Below are positions 47,538 through 57,597 of a DNA stretch of 64,000 bases, piece by piece; the stretch's first letter is position 1; each line of letters starts with the position of its first letter. The stretch spans positions 2,816,771 to 2,880,770 of the forward strand of contig OZ244584.1 in the NCBI GenBank assembly GCA_965218115.1. The letters are read 5' to 3'. The DNA is from Dehalococcoidia bacterium (lineage in GTDB: Bacteria; Chloroflexota; Dehalococcoidia; Bin125). The position numbers and the translations under genes were made by a program. The notes under the pieces are model-generated. The model made no database searches and was not told the origin of the DNA. It worked only from the letters and a program-made list of their open reading frames with translations.

Positions 47538-49925
47538 TCACGGTACCGCTCCGGTAAGGATCGCGCCCTCGAGCACGCGGCGGGCGATCGGGCCGGCGTC
47601 GTCGGCGCCCGACTTGCCGTCGTCGAGCACCACGACGACGACCAGCCGCGGGTCATCGAAGTTGGCCCAGGCGGCGAACCAGGCGTGGGTGAAGAAGGGA
47701 CCGATCGGTTCGGGCTCGGGCTCCTCCTCGTCCTCTGCGCCGTCCTGTTGTGTCTCGTCCTCCTGCGTCGCCTCTTGCTGGGCCTGCTCTTCCTCGTCGA
47801 CGGTGGCGATCGTCTCGGCGTCGATCACCTGATCCTCGGCGGTGCCCGACTTGCCGGCGACGCGCAGGACGCTGCCGTGGAATGCGCCCCAGCCCGTGCC
47901 GAACGGCTGAGAGACGACGCTGCGCAGGGAGGCCTTGAGCTGGCTGAGGGTCTCCGCGGAGGTCGGGATCACGCTGATCGCGCGTCGCTCGATCAGCTGC
48001 GGCGGCGCGTCGGGCGGCTCGATCGACTGCACGATCACCGGCGTCGAGACGACCCCGGTCATGGCGATCGCGGCATAGGCGTTGGCCATCTGCATGACCG
48101 TGACAGCGACGAAGCCCTGCCCGATGCTCATGTTCAGCGTGTCACCGGTGTACCAGGGCTCGTTCAGCGTGCTCTGCTTCCAGCTGGGCGAGGGATTGAC
48201 GCCGGACTCCTCGGCGAGCCCCACGATCCCTGTCGGCGCGCCGAACCCGAAGCCGGCCGCGACAGCAGGCAGGATCCGCTCGTCGAGCCGGTCGAGCTGC
48301 AGGGCCAGCTCGTAGAAGACGGTGTTGCACGATTCCGCGAGCGCGCGCGCGAGCGTGATGTAGCCCTGGTCGGTGTCCTTCCAGTTGCGTAGCGGTTCGT
48401 CGCCGACGCCCATCCACTGGGTCGCGCAATCGAGCCGGTCGGTGATCTCGAAGTCGCCCTCTTCCAGCGCCGCCGCGAGCGTGATCGCCTTGAACGTCGA
48501 GCCGGGCGCGTAGACCTGTTCGAGGGCGCGGTTGATGAAGGGCTGGCGCTCGTCGCTGAAGTAGAGGTCGACCTCTTCCTGGGTGAAGCCGTCGACGATC
48601 GCATTGGGATCGATCCGCGGGTAGGAGGCCATCGCCAGCACCTGCCCATTGCGCGGGTCGAGCGCGACGACGGCGCCCGGTTGCTCGCCCAGCGCCGCCT
48701 CGGCGAGCAACTGGACGCGGATATCGATGCTGAGGCGCACATCGCTGCCGGCCACCGGCGCTCGCGAGATGATCTCGCGGATGGGCCGGCCGGCGCCGTC
48801 GAGAATTGCCAGCGAACCGCCGCGGCGGCCGGCCAGCGCGCCCTCGAAGAAGTGCTCGATGCCGTCGCGGCCGACCATGTCGCTGGCGCGGTAGCCCTCA
48901 ACGAAGCGCGCCTCGAGCTCTTCCGGATTGATCTCCTGGAGATAGCCGACGACATGCGCGGCGAGTTCGCCGTGGGGATACCAGCGACGCGTCTCACGGC
49001 GCACGAGGATGCCCTCGCCGGAGAGCTGTTCGTACTCCTGGATCAGGTCGTTCGGCGTGCCGATCGGCAGCTCGGCGACCGGCACGAACTGGTAGCTGGG
49101 CACATCCTGGTAGATCAGCGAACGGACGACCGACTCCTTCATCCCCAGTCGGTTGACGAAGAAATCGATGATCAAGTCCTCATCGCTGACGGCGTCCCAG
49201 TAGACGCCGACGATCGCGACCTCGGCGGCGCCGGCGAGGACCTCGCCGCTGCGGTCCAGAATGCGGCCCCGCGCGGGCCGCTCGATCAGCGCGCGGATCA
49301 GGTAGCCCTCGGGCGCGAGCCCGTCGAAGATCAGCCCCGGCGACCAGTTGACGACCCAGTGCGGCTGGCGCAGGACCGGGACGAAGACGATCTCCTCGAT
49401 TTCGCCGAAGTAGGTGGTCTGATAGCGCAGGATCACCTCAAACGCGGGCGCATTGACGTCTTCGACGGGGACGATCTCCCAGCTGAAGCCGCGGATCGTG
49501 GCCTCGGCCCAGATATCGCGGTAGCGCTGCGCGAAGCGCTCCGCGTCGTAGCGCTCCTTGCCTTCCACCGAGATCGTCGTCCAGGCTTCGAACAGTTTGT
49601 CGGTGGCGAGCAGGTGAAAGAAGCGCTGCACGGCCTCAAGCGCGCTCTCGGGCGCGACGCTGAGGTCTTCGAGCTGTTCCGCCGGAGGGGTTGCAACGCG
49701 CCCGTCGGACTGCGGTTGCTGGGTCGCCGCCTGCGACTCTGCGGCTTGCTGTTCAGGCTCGATCGCCTCGGGGAAGTACTCCGAGAGGTCGCGCTCCGAC
49801 TCGCCGCCGAAGATGCAGCCGCCCAGCGCGAGCGCGAGGATGGTGGTGACAAGTAAGACCGCGCACCGCGTCATCATCGCAGCCGGCATCCGCATCGCCT
49901 GCCTGCACCCGTCGCCCGTGTCCAC
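47538..49925 (-). CDS. class B penicillin-binding protein (transpeptidase) with NTF2-like N-terminal domain and acidic C-terminal tail
   Basis: 'STFKAITLAAALE' (SxxK), 'SIGQG' variant of SxN, 'KSGTAE' (KTG); N-terminal lipoprotein-like signal and MecA_N-like domain. Confidence 0.85.
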   Translation of the reverse strand: MDTGDGCRQAMRMPAAMMTRCAVLLVTTILALALGGCIFGGESERDLSEYFPEAIEPEQQAAESQAATQQPQSDGRVATPPAEQLEDLSVAPESALEAVQRFFHLLATDKLFEAWTTISVEGKERYDAERFAQRYRDIWAEATIRGFSWEIVPVEDVNAPAFEVILRYQTTYFGEIEEIVFVPVLRQPHWVVNWSPGLIFDGLAPEGYLIRALIERPARGRILDRSGEVLAGAAEVAIVGVYWDAVSDEDLIIDFFVNRLGMKESVVRSLIYQDVPSYQFVPVAELPIGTPNDLIQEYEQLSGEGILVRRETRRWYPHGELAAHVVGYLQEINPEELEARFVEGYRASDMVGRDGIEHFFEGALAGRRGGSLAILDGAGRPIREIISRAPVAGSDVRLSIDIRVQLLAEAALGEQPGAVVALDPRNGQVLAMASYPRIDPNAIVDGFTQEEVDLYFSDERQPFINRALEQVYAPGSTFKAITLAAALEEGDFEITDRLDCATQWMGVGDEPLRNWKDTDQGYITLARALAESCNTVFYELALQLDRLDERILPAVAAGFGFGAPTGIVGLAEESGVNPSPSWKQSTLNEPWYTGDTLNMSIGQGFVAVTVMQMANAYAAIAMTGVVSTPVIVQSIEPPDAPPQLIERRAISVIPTSAETLSQLKASLRSVVSQPFGTGWGAFHGSVLRVAGKSGTAEDQVIDAETIATVDEEEQAQQEATQEDETQQDGAEDEEEPEPEPIGPFFTHAWFAAWANFDDPRLVVVVVLDDGKSGADDAGPIARRVLEGAILTGAVP

Positions 49926-50096
49926 CGTACCCCGCGCGGCAGGCGGAGGGTAGCTGGGGCGGGGACGCCCCCGGTCGCTGCGCGACAGCGCTCCCGCGTC
50001 GCGGACGAGGGAGCAGTGCGGTTAGACTGCGTTGCACGGATTTGAGCGCGAAATCGCGGGCCGGGCTGCCGGACGCGTGTCTGAGAGGGTGATCAC

Positions 50097-51272
50097 ATGG
50101 ACTACCGCGAGGACCAGGAAATCGTTGCGTTTCGCGACGAAGTCAAGAGCTTCATCACTGACAACCTGCCCGACGACTGGGGCAAGGGCTCCTCGGGCGA
50201 GGGCTACGACGATTACGTCTTCCCGATCACCCGGGCGTTCCAGAGCGAGATGGCGAAGCGCCGCTGGCTGACGCTGGCCTGGCCGAAGGAGCATGGCGGG
50301 CTCGACGCGCCGCACTCGCAGCAGATGGTGATGGCCGAAGAGATGGCCTACCACCGAGCGCCGGGCGGCGGCGGCAACATGGGCGTCCAGTGGGTCGGCC
50401 CATCGTTGATGCTCTACGGGACCGACGCGCAGAAGGATGAGCACCTGGCGCGGATCGTCGACGCGGAGTCCTGGTGGTGCACGCTCTACTCGGAGCCCGG
50501 CTCGGGCAGCGACCTGGCCTCGCTGCAGACGCGCGCCGTCGCCGACGGCGACGACTACGTGATCAACGGGCAGAAAATCTGGACCTCCGGCGCGCACGTC
50601 TCCGACTGGGGCTGGCTGGCCGCGCGCACCGACCCCGATGCGCCCAAGCACAAGGGCATCACGATGTTCATGCTGCGCATGGACACGCCCGGCATCACCG
50701 TCCGCCCGCTGATCAACATGGCCGAGGGACACGGCTTCAACGAGGTCTTCTTCGAGGACGTGCGGATTCCCAAGTCGAACGTGGTCGGCGAGACGAACCG
50801 CGGCTGGTATCACCTGGCCGTCGCGCTCGACTTCGAGCGGTCCGGCATCGGCGCCTTCGCGGGCGGCCGGCGCACCGTCGAGGAGATCACCGATTTCGCC
50901 CGCGACAACCGCCACCTGCTCGACGAGCGCCCGGCGGCGCGCTACGAGCTCGCCGAGCGCGCGATCGAGGTTGAGGTCGGCACCTACATGGCCTACCGGA
51001 TCGCCTACATGCAGGAGCATGGCGTCGTCGCGAACCACGAGGCGTCGATGTCCAAGCTGTTCGGCTCCGAGCTGGGCCAGCGGATCGCCAAGACCGGTAT
51101 GGAGCTGCTCGGCCTGCGCGGCAACGTCTGGAGCGATGGCCCCTACGCAGCGCTGCAGGGTCGCCTCAGCCGCAGCTATGTGAGCGCCGTTTCGGGCACG
51201 ATCGCTGCCGGCACGAGCGAGATTCAGCGCAACATCATCGCGACCCGCGGGCTCGGCCTACCGCGCGGCTAA
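50097..51272 (+). CDS. acyl-CoA dehydrogenase
   Basis: ACAD N/M/C domains ('CTLYSEPGSGSDLASL', 'GQKIWTSGA', C-terminal 'GTSEIQRNII'). Confidence 0.9.
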   Translation: MDYREDQEIVAFRDEVKSFITDNLPDDWGKGSSGEGYDDYVFPITRAFQSEMAKRRWLTLAWPKEHGGLDAPHSQQMVMAEEMAYHRAPGGGGNMGVQWVGPSLMLYGTDAQKDEHLARIVDAESWWCTLYSEPGSGSDLASLQTRAVADGDDYVINGQKIWTSGAHVSDWGWLAARTDPDAPKHKGITMFMLRMDTPGITVRPLINMAEGHGFNEVFFEDVRIPKSNVVGETNRGWYHLAVALDFERSGIGAFAGGRRTVEEITDFARDNRHLLDERPAARYELAERAIEVEVGTYMAYRIAYMQEHGVVANHEASMSKLFGSELGQRIAKTGMELLGLRGNVWSDGPYAALQGRLSRSYVSAVSGTIAAGTSEIQRNIIATRGLGLPRG

Positions 51273-51470
51273 CGACCGGCCATCCCTTCCTGGCCCCTCG
51301 CGGAGCGGCCGGAAGGAAGCTCAGCACGCCAGCTGCCCCCTGAGCGGGTCGGCCGCGTCTCTTGCCGCCTCCGAAGCGGGCGCGGTCTGAGCCGCGTACC
51401 CTAGCTACCCATAAGTCGTGGGTGAGTGCGGAATGTGCGACCTGCGCGTGATGTTCGAAGGCTGGTTGAC

Positions 51471-53288
51471 ATGTCGCAGCGCATCCCCATCTCCACCCCC
51501 TGGCTCACCGTTCTGGTCTTGATCGCGCTGACGGCGGCGGCATTTGTTCCGGTCTCCGGCGCGGCCGCGCAGACAGCCGAGGGGTGTGGGGAGCTGCTCG
51601 AGGTCTATCGCGCGGCGGCGGAACAAGAGAGAGACTTCTTCGACGACGACGTGTTCGACGATGACGTGTGGGACGTTGCTGAAGAGCAGGCGGACGCGCA
51701 AGCGGAGGGGGATGCACTTCCAGCCGTCGGTGGAGCTGACGAATCGTCCGCGCCGCCGCAGGACCTGGGCGAGCGCTCGGAGACCGGGACCAACATCCAG
51801 GTCGCGGGCGTCGATGAGTCGGACCTCGTCAAGACCAACGGCTCGGAGATCTTCATCGTCACGGAGGACGCGCTGTTCGTGGTGACGCTGACCGACTCCG
51901 CGCCCGAGCTGGCGACGACGTTCGTCTTCGAAAGCGCGAGTGACCTCCCGCGAGCCAGGCCGCACGAGACGCTGCTCGCGGGCGACAAGCTGTTCGTCTT
52001 CCGCACCGTGCGCTACGGAGCCGAGAGCTTCAAGCAGGGTGGGACGCAGGTGCTGGAGATCGATGTCAGCGAGCCAAGCGCCCCGCGCCTGCTGCGCACG
52101 CTTGAGACATACGGCGCCTTCGTGACGGCCCGACTCGTCGGCGCGAGCGTGCGACTGGTGGTGACGCACGACGGAATCGGGAGCTCGGTCGTCGGCCGCT
52201 ACAGCCGCGACGGCTTCAAGCGGAGCGTGGCCGCCGCCACCCTTGCGACCTGGCTGCCGCTCTACACGGTCAACGACTACACCAGCCTGATCAACCGCTG
52301 GACCGACGGCTCGCTCGTGGAATGCGACCGCGTCGTGACGCCGGCTGACGTGTACAGCGCAGAGACGACGGTGGTCTTGGCGTTCGATGCGGAGCGCGGG
52401 CTGGGCGAGTGGGACGCGGCCGGAGTGGTCGGCGCAGCGTCGGCCGTCTACGCCTCGCGCGATTCGCTGTATGTCGCGCTTCCCAGACTGTTCAACCACA
52501 CGCAGATTCATCGCTGGGATTTCTCCGCCGAAGGTTCGCCGACCTATCGGGGCGCCGCCGAGGTCAACGGCCATCTGATCAACCAGTTCGCGATGAGTGA
52601 GTTCGATGGCCACCTGCGCGTCGCGAGCACTCGCTTCGATCGTGTCGGTTCGAGCAGCGAGCTGACCGTGTTCACGGTTGGAGATGACGCGCTGCAGCAG
52701 CTGGCGTCGCTGCGGGGGCTGGGGCCGAACGAGCAGATCTACGCCGTGCGCTTCCTCGGCGACCGCGCCTACGTCGTGACGTTCCGCCAGATCGATCCGC
52801 TGTTCATCATCGACCTCTCGGATCCGGCGGAGCCGCGCGTGGCCGGCGAGCTGAAGATCCCGGGCTTCTCGGCCTATCTGCATCCGCTGGGCGATGGGCT
52901 GCTGCTGGGCGTCGGTCAGGACGCCGACCCGCGCACGGGTCGCCCGCTCGGCCCGCAGGTGACGCTGTTTGACGTCTCGGATCCTGCCGCGCCGACGAGC
53001 CTCGGGCGCGTCGCGCTGCCCAGCGCATCGACCAGTCCCACGTTCGAGCACCGCGGGTTCACCTACCACGAGGGCCGAGCGTTCATCCCGGCCGGCTACG
53101 AGGCCGAATTGTTCGCCGTGCGGGTCAGCCGCGAGGGCCTGACGGTGGAGGAGCAGATTCGCGGGATGGCCTCAGTGCTGCGAACGCTGCCGCTAGGCGC
53201 TCAGTTGCACCTCATCGAGCAGGGCTGGATCGAGACCCATGATCTGGAAACCCTCGAGCGACAGGGCGGCCTCGAACTCACCCCATAG
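51471..53288 (+). CDS. secreted beta-propeller-domain protein
   Basis: Signal peptide; acidic linker; repeated 'E-S-D-L-V-K-T-N-G' and 'Y-A-V-R-F' type propeller blades; 605 aa. Confidence 0.7.
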   Translation: MSQRIPISTPWLTVLVLIALTAAAFVPVSGAAAQTAEGCGELLEVYRAAAEQERDFFDDDVFDDDVWDVAEEQADAQAEGDALPAVGGADESSAPPQDLGERSETGTNIQVAGVDESDLVKTNGSEIFIVTEDALFVVTLTDSAPELATTFVFESASDLPRARPHETLLAGDKLFVFRTVRYGAESFKQGGTQVLEIDVSEPSAPRLLRTLETYGAFVTARLVGASVRLVVTHDGIGSSVVGRYSRDGFKRSVAAATLATWLPLYTVNDYTSLINRWTDGSLVECDRVVTPADVYSAETTVVLAFDAERGLGEWDAAGVVGAASAVYASRDSLYVALPRLFNHTQIHRWDFSAEGSPTYRGAAEVNGHLINQFAMSEFDGHLRVASTRFDRVGSSSELTVFTVGDDALQQLASLRGLGPNEQIYAVRFLGDRAYVVTFRQIDPLFIIDLSDPAEPRVAGELKIPGFSAYLHPLGDGLLLGVGQDADPRTGRPLGPQVTLFDVSDPAAPTSLGRVALPSASTSPTFEHRGFTYHEGRAFIPAGYEAELFAVRVSREGLTVEEQIRGMASVLRTLPLGAQLHLIEQGWIETHDLETLERQGGLELTP

Positions 53289-53490
53289 GAGACCTGCGCG
53301 TAAGTCCCGCTGCTCCGACCTTCCCTGCCGGTGGCGGTGTCACGAAGTGACAGAGGGGGGCCTCCCCAACCCCCCCCCACCGACCACCCAATGTGCCCAG
53401 CGCAATCTCAAATCTCTCCCCCCTCGGGGGGAGATGTCACGCAGTGACAGAGGGGGGCCTCCCCGACCCCGCCCGCGGCGCAGGTTCCCC
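53288..53490. repeat. MITE-like element, copy E (inverted orientation relative to copy A; one end degenerate)
   Basis: Starts 'GGAGACCTGCGCGTAAG' at 53288; contains TCTCTCCCCCCTCGGGGGGAGATGTCAC-GCA-GTGACAGAGGGGGGCC. Confidence 0.7.
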
Positions 53491-53568
53491 AACCCACAGC
53501 CCCCAACGTCACCCCCACCACACTCCCCGCCCCCGCCACAGTACAGATGTTCTGCTACCATCCCCCAC

Positions 53569-53901
53569 ATGACCACCGCCCAACTCCTCACCTGGCTCCG
53601 CCAACGCCTCCCCCAGCTCGAACCGGGCCAGCTCCCCGATCCCGCGATCGACCTCGACGACACCCGCCGCACCGCCGCCGACCGCCTCGACCAACTCCGC
53701 GCCGCCGGCCGCCGCGCTCGCGGCCACCGCATCGAGCGCCCCCCACACCTCCGGGCGCTCCAACGCCCCGTCCGAATCATCGGGCTCACGCCCCCGCTCA
53801 ACTCCCCGCCGAATGTGCGCATCGCCAACGCCCGTGAGCACGGCCACCTCGCGCCCGGCATCGACCCCGACGGCGACGCTGTCTACTTGATCGCTCCATG
53901 A
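53569..53901 (+). CDS. hypothetical protein (110 aa), C-ending-codon-biased
   Basis: ATGA overlap with downstream ORF (translational coupling); codon usage dominated by CTC/CCC/ACC/GCC unlike core genes. Confidence 0.4.
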   Translation: MTTAQLLTWLRQRLPQLEPGQLPDPAIDLDDTRRTAADRLDQLRAAGRRARGHRIERPPHLRALQRPVRIIGLTPPLNSPPNVRIANAREHGHLAPGIDPDGDAVYLIAP

Positions 53902-54818
53902 CCACCACGCCCGAAACAGCCGATCCGCACGGACTCGACCTCGAACTGTCGCGTCTCACCAACGACGAGCAACAACAGCTCGCCGACCTGCTCCGCCGCG
54001 CCCAGCGTCCCCGGTCCCAACCGCTCACCGTCGAACCCGAGCCGCTCGATCCGGAGCCCGAACCGTGTTCCGACGACCAGGCCCTCGCGCAGCTCGACCA
54101 ACTCATCGAAGTCCTCCGCCCCGAGCTCGTGCCCGGCGACCCCTCTGACTTCGACCTCGACAGCGATGAACTCGTCAGTCACGCCGACGCCGTCGACTTC
54201 GCCCTCGGCACGATCACCGAAATCGCCGACCACGCCCCGTCCGACGGCCGCCGGCTGTCCGCCCTCAACGTGCTCGGTCGCATCCTCGGACCCGAGCACA
54301 TCCGCAACCGCCTGATCCGCCTCGCCAACACCACCAAATCCGACGCAACCCGTCTCAGCGCCGTCTACGTCCTCTCCCGCGGACTCGGCATCGTCGGCCC
54401 GATCGCCCCCCGCAAGCCCGAGGAGCCGCGGATCGAAATGATCAACATCTGGCCCGCTAGCGAACACGAGCTCGAAGAAATCCGTCAACGCGACGCCCAA
54501 ACCGAACTGCCAGATGCCACCCCCACCCAACCGCCAGCCCAGCTGCCAACCGCAGCCCGCCGAAACCCCCACCCAACCCCCCGCGACCCCCTCCCCCGCC
54601 TCCCCACTCCCACCATCCCCCGCCTCAAGCCCCCCTCCCCGATCGACCGCAACCCCCGTTCGCACATGCCGACGCCCAACCCACACGAACCCGCCCCATC
54701 CCTCGATCCCCCCACCAGCCCGCCCTCGACCTCCCCGCCCCGACGCCCCCGCCACATCGACGCACTCCCCAGCATCATCACCGCCGGCCCCGTCACCATC
54801 GTCAACGAACCTCCCTAA
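53898..54818 (+). CDS. hypothetical protein with HEAT/PBS-lyase-like repeats and Pro-rich C-terminus (306 aa)
   Basis: 'RRLSALNVLGRILGPEHIRNRLIRLANTTKSDATRLSAVYVLSRGLG' HEAT-like repeats; same atypical codon usage; immediately followed by a MITE fragment. Confidence 0.45.
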   Translation: MTTTPETADPHGLDLELSRLTNDEQQQLADLLRRAQRPRSQPLTVEPEPLDPEPEPCSDDQALAQLDQLIEVLRPELVPGDPSDFDLDSDELVSHADAVDFALGTITEIADHAPSDGRRLSALNVLGRILGPEHIRNRLIRLANTTKSDATRLSAVYVLSRGLGIVGPIAPRKPEEPRIEMINIWPASEHELEEIRQRDAQTELPDATPTQPPAQLPTAARRNPHPTPRDPLPRLPTPTIPRLKPPSPIDRNPRSHMPTPNPHEPAPSLDPPTSPPSTSPPRRPRHIDALPSIITAGPVTIVNEPP

Positions 54819-54825
54819 CCTCCCA

Positions 54826-54915
54826 TCTCTCCCCCCTCGGGGGGAGATGTCACGAAGTGACAGAGGGGGGCCTCCCGGCGCGCCCTCACCGGATAGCGGA
54901 AGCTCCCCACCGCTC
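54826..54915. repeat. MITE-like element, copy F (about 90-bp internal fragment without TIRs)
   Basis: 'tctctcccccctcggggggagatgtcacgaagtgacagaggggggcctcccggcgcgccctcaccggatagcggaagctcccc' matches copies A/B/E core. Confidence 0.65.
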
Positions 54916-55051
54916 ACCAGCTCTCCGCCACAGATCGTCTCCCGGCGGCGAGACGCTGGCAGCCCCCTCGTCACCGCAGCGCGACCGCCACCCTGAGTCG
55001 TCAGGGCCGCCCCATATACTCAGAAGGCAATTTCGGCATTGGGGGGTGACG

Positions 55052-57481
55052 ATGGCTGCGGTGTTCGACGGGGTTCGGGTGCTCGACCTGTCGAGCGGGC
55101 CGGTCGGCGGCGTCGCCACGATGATCCTGGGCGACTTCGGCGCGGAAGTGCTGAAGCTGGAGCGGCCCGGGGGCGACCCGCTGCGCTCGCTGACGGCGGC
55201 GCCGATGTGGCTGCGCGGCAAGCGCAGCGTCGAGGCGGACCTCACGACCTCGGATGGTCGGGCGCGGTTGCTCGAGCTTAGCGCCCAGGCGGATGTCGTG
55301 ATGACGACGTTCCGACCCTCCACGGTCGAGCGGCTGGGGGCCGGCTACGGCACGCTCGCGGCGGCCAATCCGCGACTGATCTATTGCTCAATCACCGGCT
55401 TCGGGCCGCGCGGGCCGTATGCCGAATACCCGGCATATGAGGGACTGGTCGCGGCCAAGTCGGGGCGGATGCAGGGCTTCACCGGCCAGCGGATGCGCGA
55501 GGGGCCGGGATTCGCCGCCGTCCCGATCGGCGGGCATGGGGCGTCGCAAGGGGCGGTGCACGGGATCGTCGCCGCGCTGATCGAGCGCGATCGCTGCGGG
55601 CGCGGGCAGATCGTCGAGACCTCGCTGCTGCAGGGGATGCTGCCGTTCGACCTCTTCCAGCTGCTGCTGACCCAGCTGCATGAGCGGCGGCCGGATGTCT
55701 ATCCGGAAGTCCTCAACTTCGGCGGCGGCATGCCGACGCTGAACTATCACCCGGTGATGACCGCGGACGGGCGCTGGATTCAGCTGGGCAACCTGCTCGA
55801 GCACCTCTTCTACGCCTTCATGGACGCGGCGGACCTGACCGAGCTGTTCGCCGAGGAGCAGTGGCAGGGCGGGCCGGCGGAGTGGACACCGGAGGCGCTC
55901 GAAGAGATGCGCGACCGGATCCTCGAGCGGATGCAGGAGCGCCCGGCGGAGCAGTGGATGGACATCTTCCGCGCCTCCGGCAATGTCGCCGCGGAGATCT
56001 TCACGCCGACCCACGACGCGGTGGCGAACCCTGAGATGCACGCCAACGGTGATGTTGTGACGATCGACGATCCGCAGCTCGGCGCCGTGCAGCAGTTGGG
56101 GCCGATCGCGCATCTGCGCGAGACGCCCGCGCAGATCGAACGGGGCGCGCCGGCCGTCGGCGACGCGAACGGATTCAGCTGGCCCGCGCGCAACGGCGCG
56201 CTGCCGGACAACGGAACCAAGCCCAGCGGGCGGCCGTTGGAGGGCTTCACGATCCTCGAATTCGCGACGATCATCGCGACGCCGATCGGCGTGTCGATGC
56301 TGGCCGACCTCGGCGCGCGAGTCATCAAGGTCGAGCCGATCGGCGGCGACCCGTTCCGCGGGATGGGCGCCGGTCCGCTGACCGGCCTGCTCGCCTCCAA
56401 GACCAACGCGGCCAAGGAGAGCATCTGCATCGATCTGAAGAACGAATCGGGGCAGGCGATCGTCGCCGAACTGATCGCCGGCGCCAACGCAGTCGTGCAC
56501 AACTACCGGCCCGGCGTGCCCGACCGGATCGGGATCGGCTGGGAGACGGCGCGCGCGATTCGGCCGGACATCGTCTGGGTCTCGGCCAACGGCTACGGGC
56601 CCGACGCGCCCGGCGCGAATCGTCCCTCGGCGCATCCGATCCCGGGCGCGGCGGTCGGCGGGGCGCTCTATCAGGCCGGCTCGGCGATGCCGCCGGCGGC
56701 CTGCGAGGGGCTGGAAGAGATTCGCGAGGCGTCGCGCCAGCTGATGCGCGCCAACGAGGCGAATCCCGACCCAAGCACGGGGGTGCTGGTCGCCTCAGCG
56801 ACGCTGCTGGGGCTCTACGCGCAGCAGCGCTACGGCGTGGGACAGCAGATTTTCGTCAACATGCTGACGGCCAACGCTTACACCAACGCCGACGATTTCA
56901 TCGGCTACGAGGGCAAGCAGCCGCGCCGTCAGGTGGACGGCGAGCTGTACGGGATCTCGGCGCTGTATCGGCTGTATCCCACGGAGCAGGGCTGGGTCTT
57001 TCTCGCGGCCCCGACTGATGCGGAGTGGGCTCGCTTCTGCGCGCACGCGCACCCGGAGCTCGCGGACGATCCGCGTTTCGGCAGCGTCGCGGCGCGCGAC
57101 GAGCATGACGCCGCTCTGGTGGACGTGCTGACCGATGTCTTCGCCACACGTCCCGCCGCGGAGTGGGAGGCGCTGCTGGGGCCGCAGCGCGTCGGCTGCG
57201 TGGTGGCCGACGCCGCGACGGCGGGGCAGTTCTTCGCGCACGATCCGCAGATGCTGGAGAACGATTTCGCTCCGCTCGCGCACCACCAGCGAATGGGCGA
57301 GATTCGCCGCTGGGGTCCCCTCACGCACATGGCCGGCCGTCGCGGCGACTACCGCCCCGGCGTACTCGCGGGCGCGGAGACGGACGCGATCCTGCGCGAG
57401 ATCGGCCGCAGCGACGACGAGATCGCCGAGCTCTGGTCGAACCGCGTGGTCTGGGCCGAGCCGGTCGAGATCCCCACCTAG
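55052..57481 (+). CDS. tandem-fused family III (CaiB/BaiF) CoA-transferase (two complete domains, 809 aa)
   Basis: Domain 1 'VRVLDLSSGPVGGVATMILGDFGAEVLKLERPGGDP', domain 2 'FTILEFATIIATPIGVSMLADLGARVIKVEPIGGDP'; start at ATG 55052 within longer ORF. Confidence 0.85.
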   Translation: MAAVFDGVRVLDLSSGPVGGVATMILGDFGAEVLKLERPGGDPLRSLTAAPMWLRGKRSVEADLTTSDGRARLLELSAQADVVMTTFRPSTVERLGAGYGTLAAANPRLIYCSITGFGPRGPYAEYPAYEGLVAAKSGRMQGFTGQRMREGPGFAAVPIGGHGASQGAVHGIVAALIERDRCGRGQIVETSLLQGMLPFDLFQLLLTQLHERRPDVYPEVLNFGGGMPTLNYHPVMTADGRWIQLGNLLEHLFYAFMDAADLTELFAEEQWQGGPAEWTPEALEEMRDRILERMQERPAEQWMDIFRASGNVAAEIFTPTHDAVANPEMHANGDVVTIDDPQLGAVQQLGPIAHLRETPAQIERGAPAVGDANGFSWPARNGALPDNGTKPSGRPLEGFTILEFATIIATPIGVSMLADLGARVIKVEPIGGDPFRGMGAGPLTGLLASKTNAAKESICIDLKNESGQAIVAELIAGANAVVHNYRPGVPDRIGIGWETARAIRPDIVWVSANGYGPDAPGANRPSAHPIPGAAVGGALYQAGSAMPPAACEGLEEIREASRQLMRANEANPDPSTGVLVASATLLGLYAQQRYGVGQQIFVNMLTANAYTNADDFIGYEGKQPRRQVDGELYGISALYRLYPTEQGWVFLAAPTDAEWARFCAHAHPELADDPRFGSVAARDEHDAALVDVLTDVFATRPAAEWEALLGPQRVGCVVADAATAGQFFAHDPQMLENDFAPLAHHQRMGEIRRWGPLTHMAGRRGDYRPGVLAGAETDAILREIGRSDDEIAELWSNRVVWAEPVEIPT

Positions 57482-57597
57482 CGCGCGCCGCCGGCCCGCG
57501 GAGCTCGGTCACCGGATAGCACTCGGGTCGCCCACGGTGCGCTGTTGGCTGCGCCTCAGCGGGTAATCTGTCAGCCACAGCGGACAGGACGACGACC

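Noticed and set aside
54857-55051. N-terminal extension of the CaiB fusion ORF (start 54857)
   Set aside because: The extension overlaps MITE copy F and is Pro/Arg-rich. The conserved CaiB N-terminus begins at ATG 55052.
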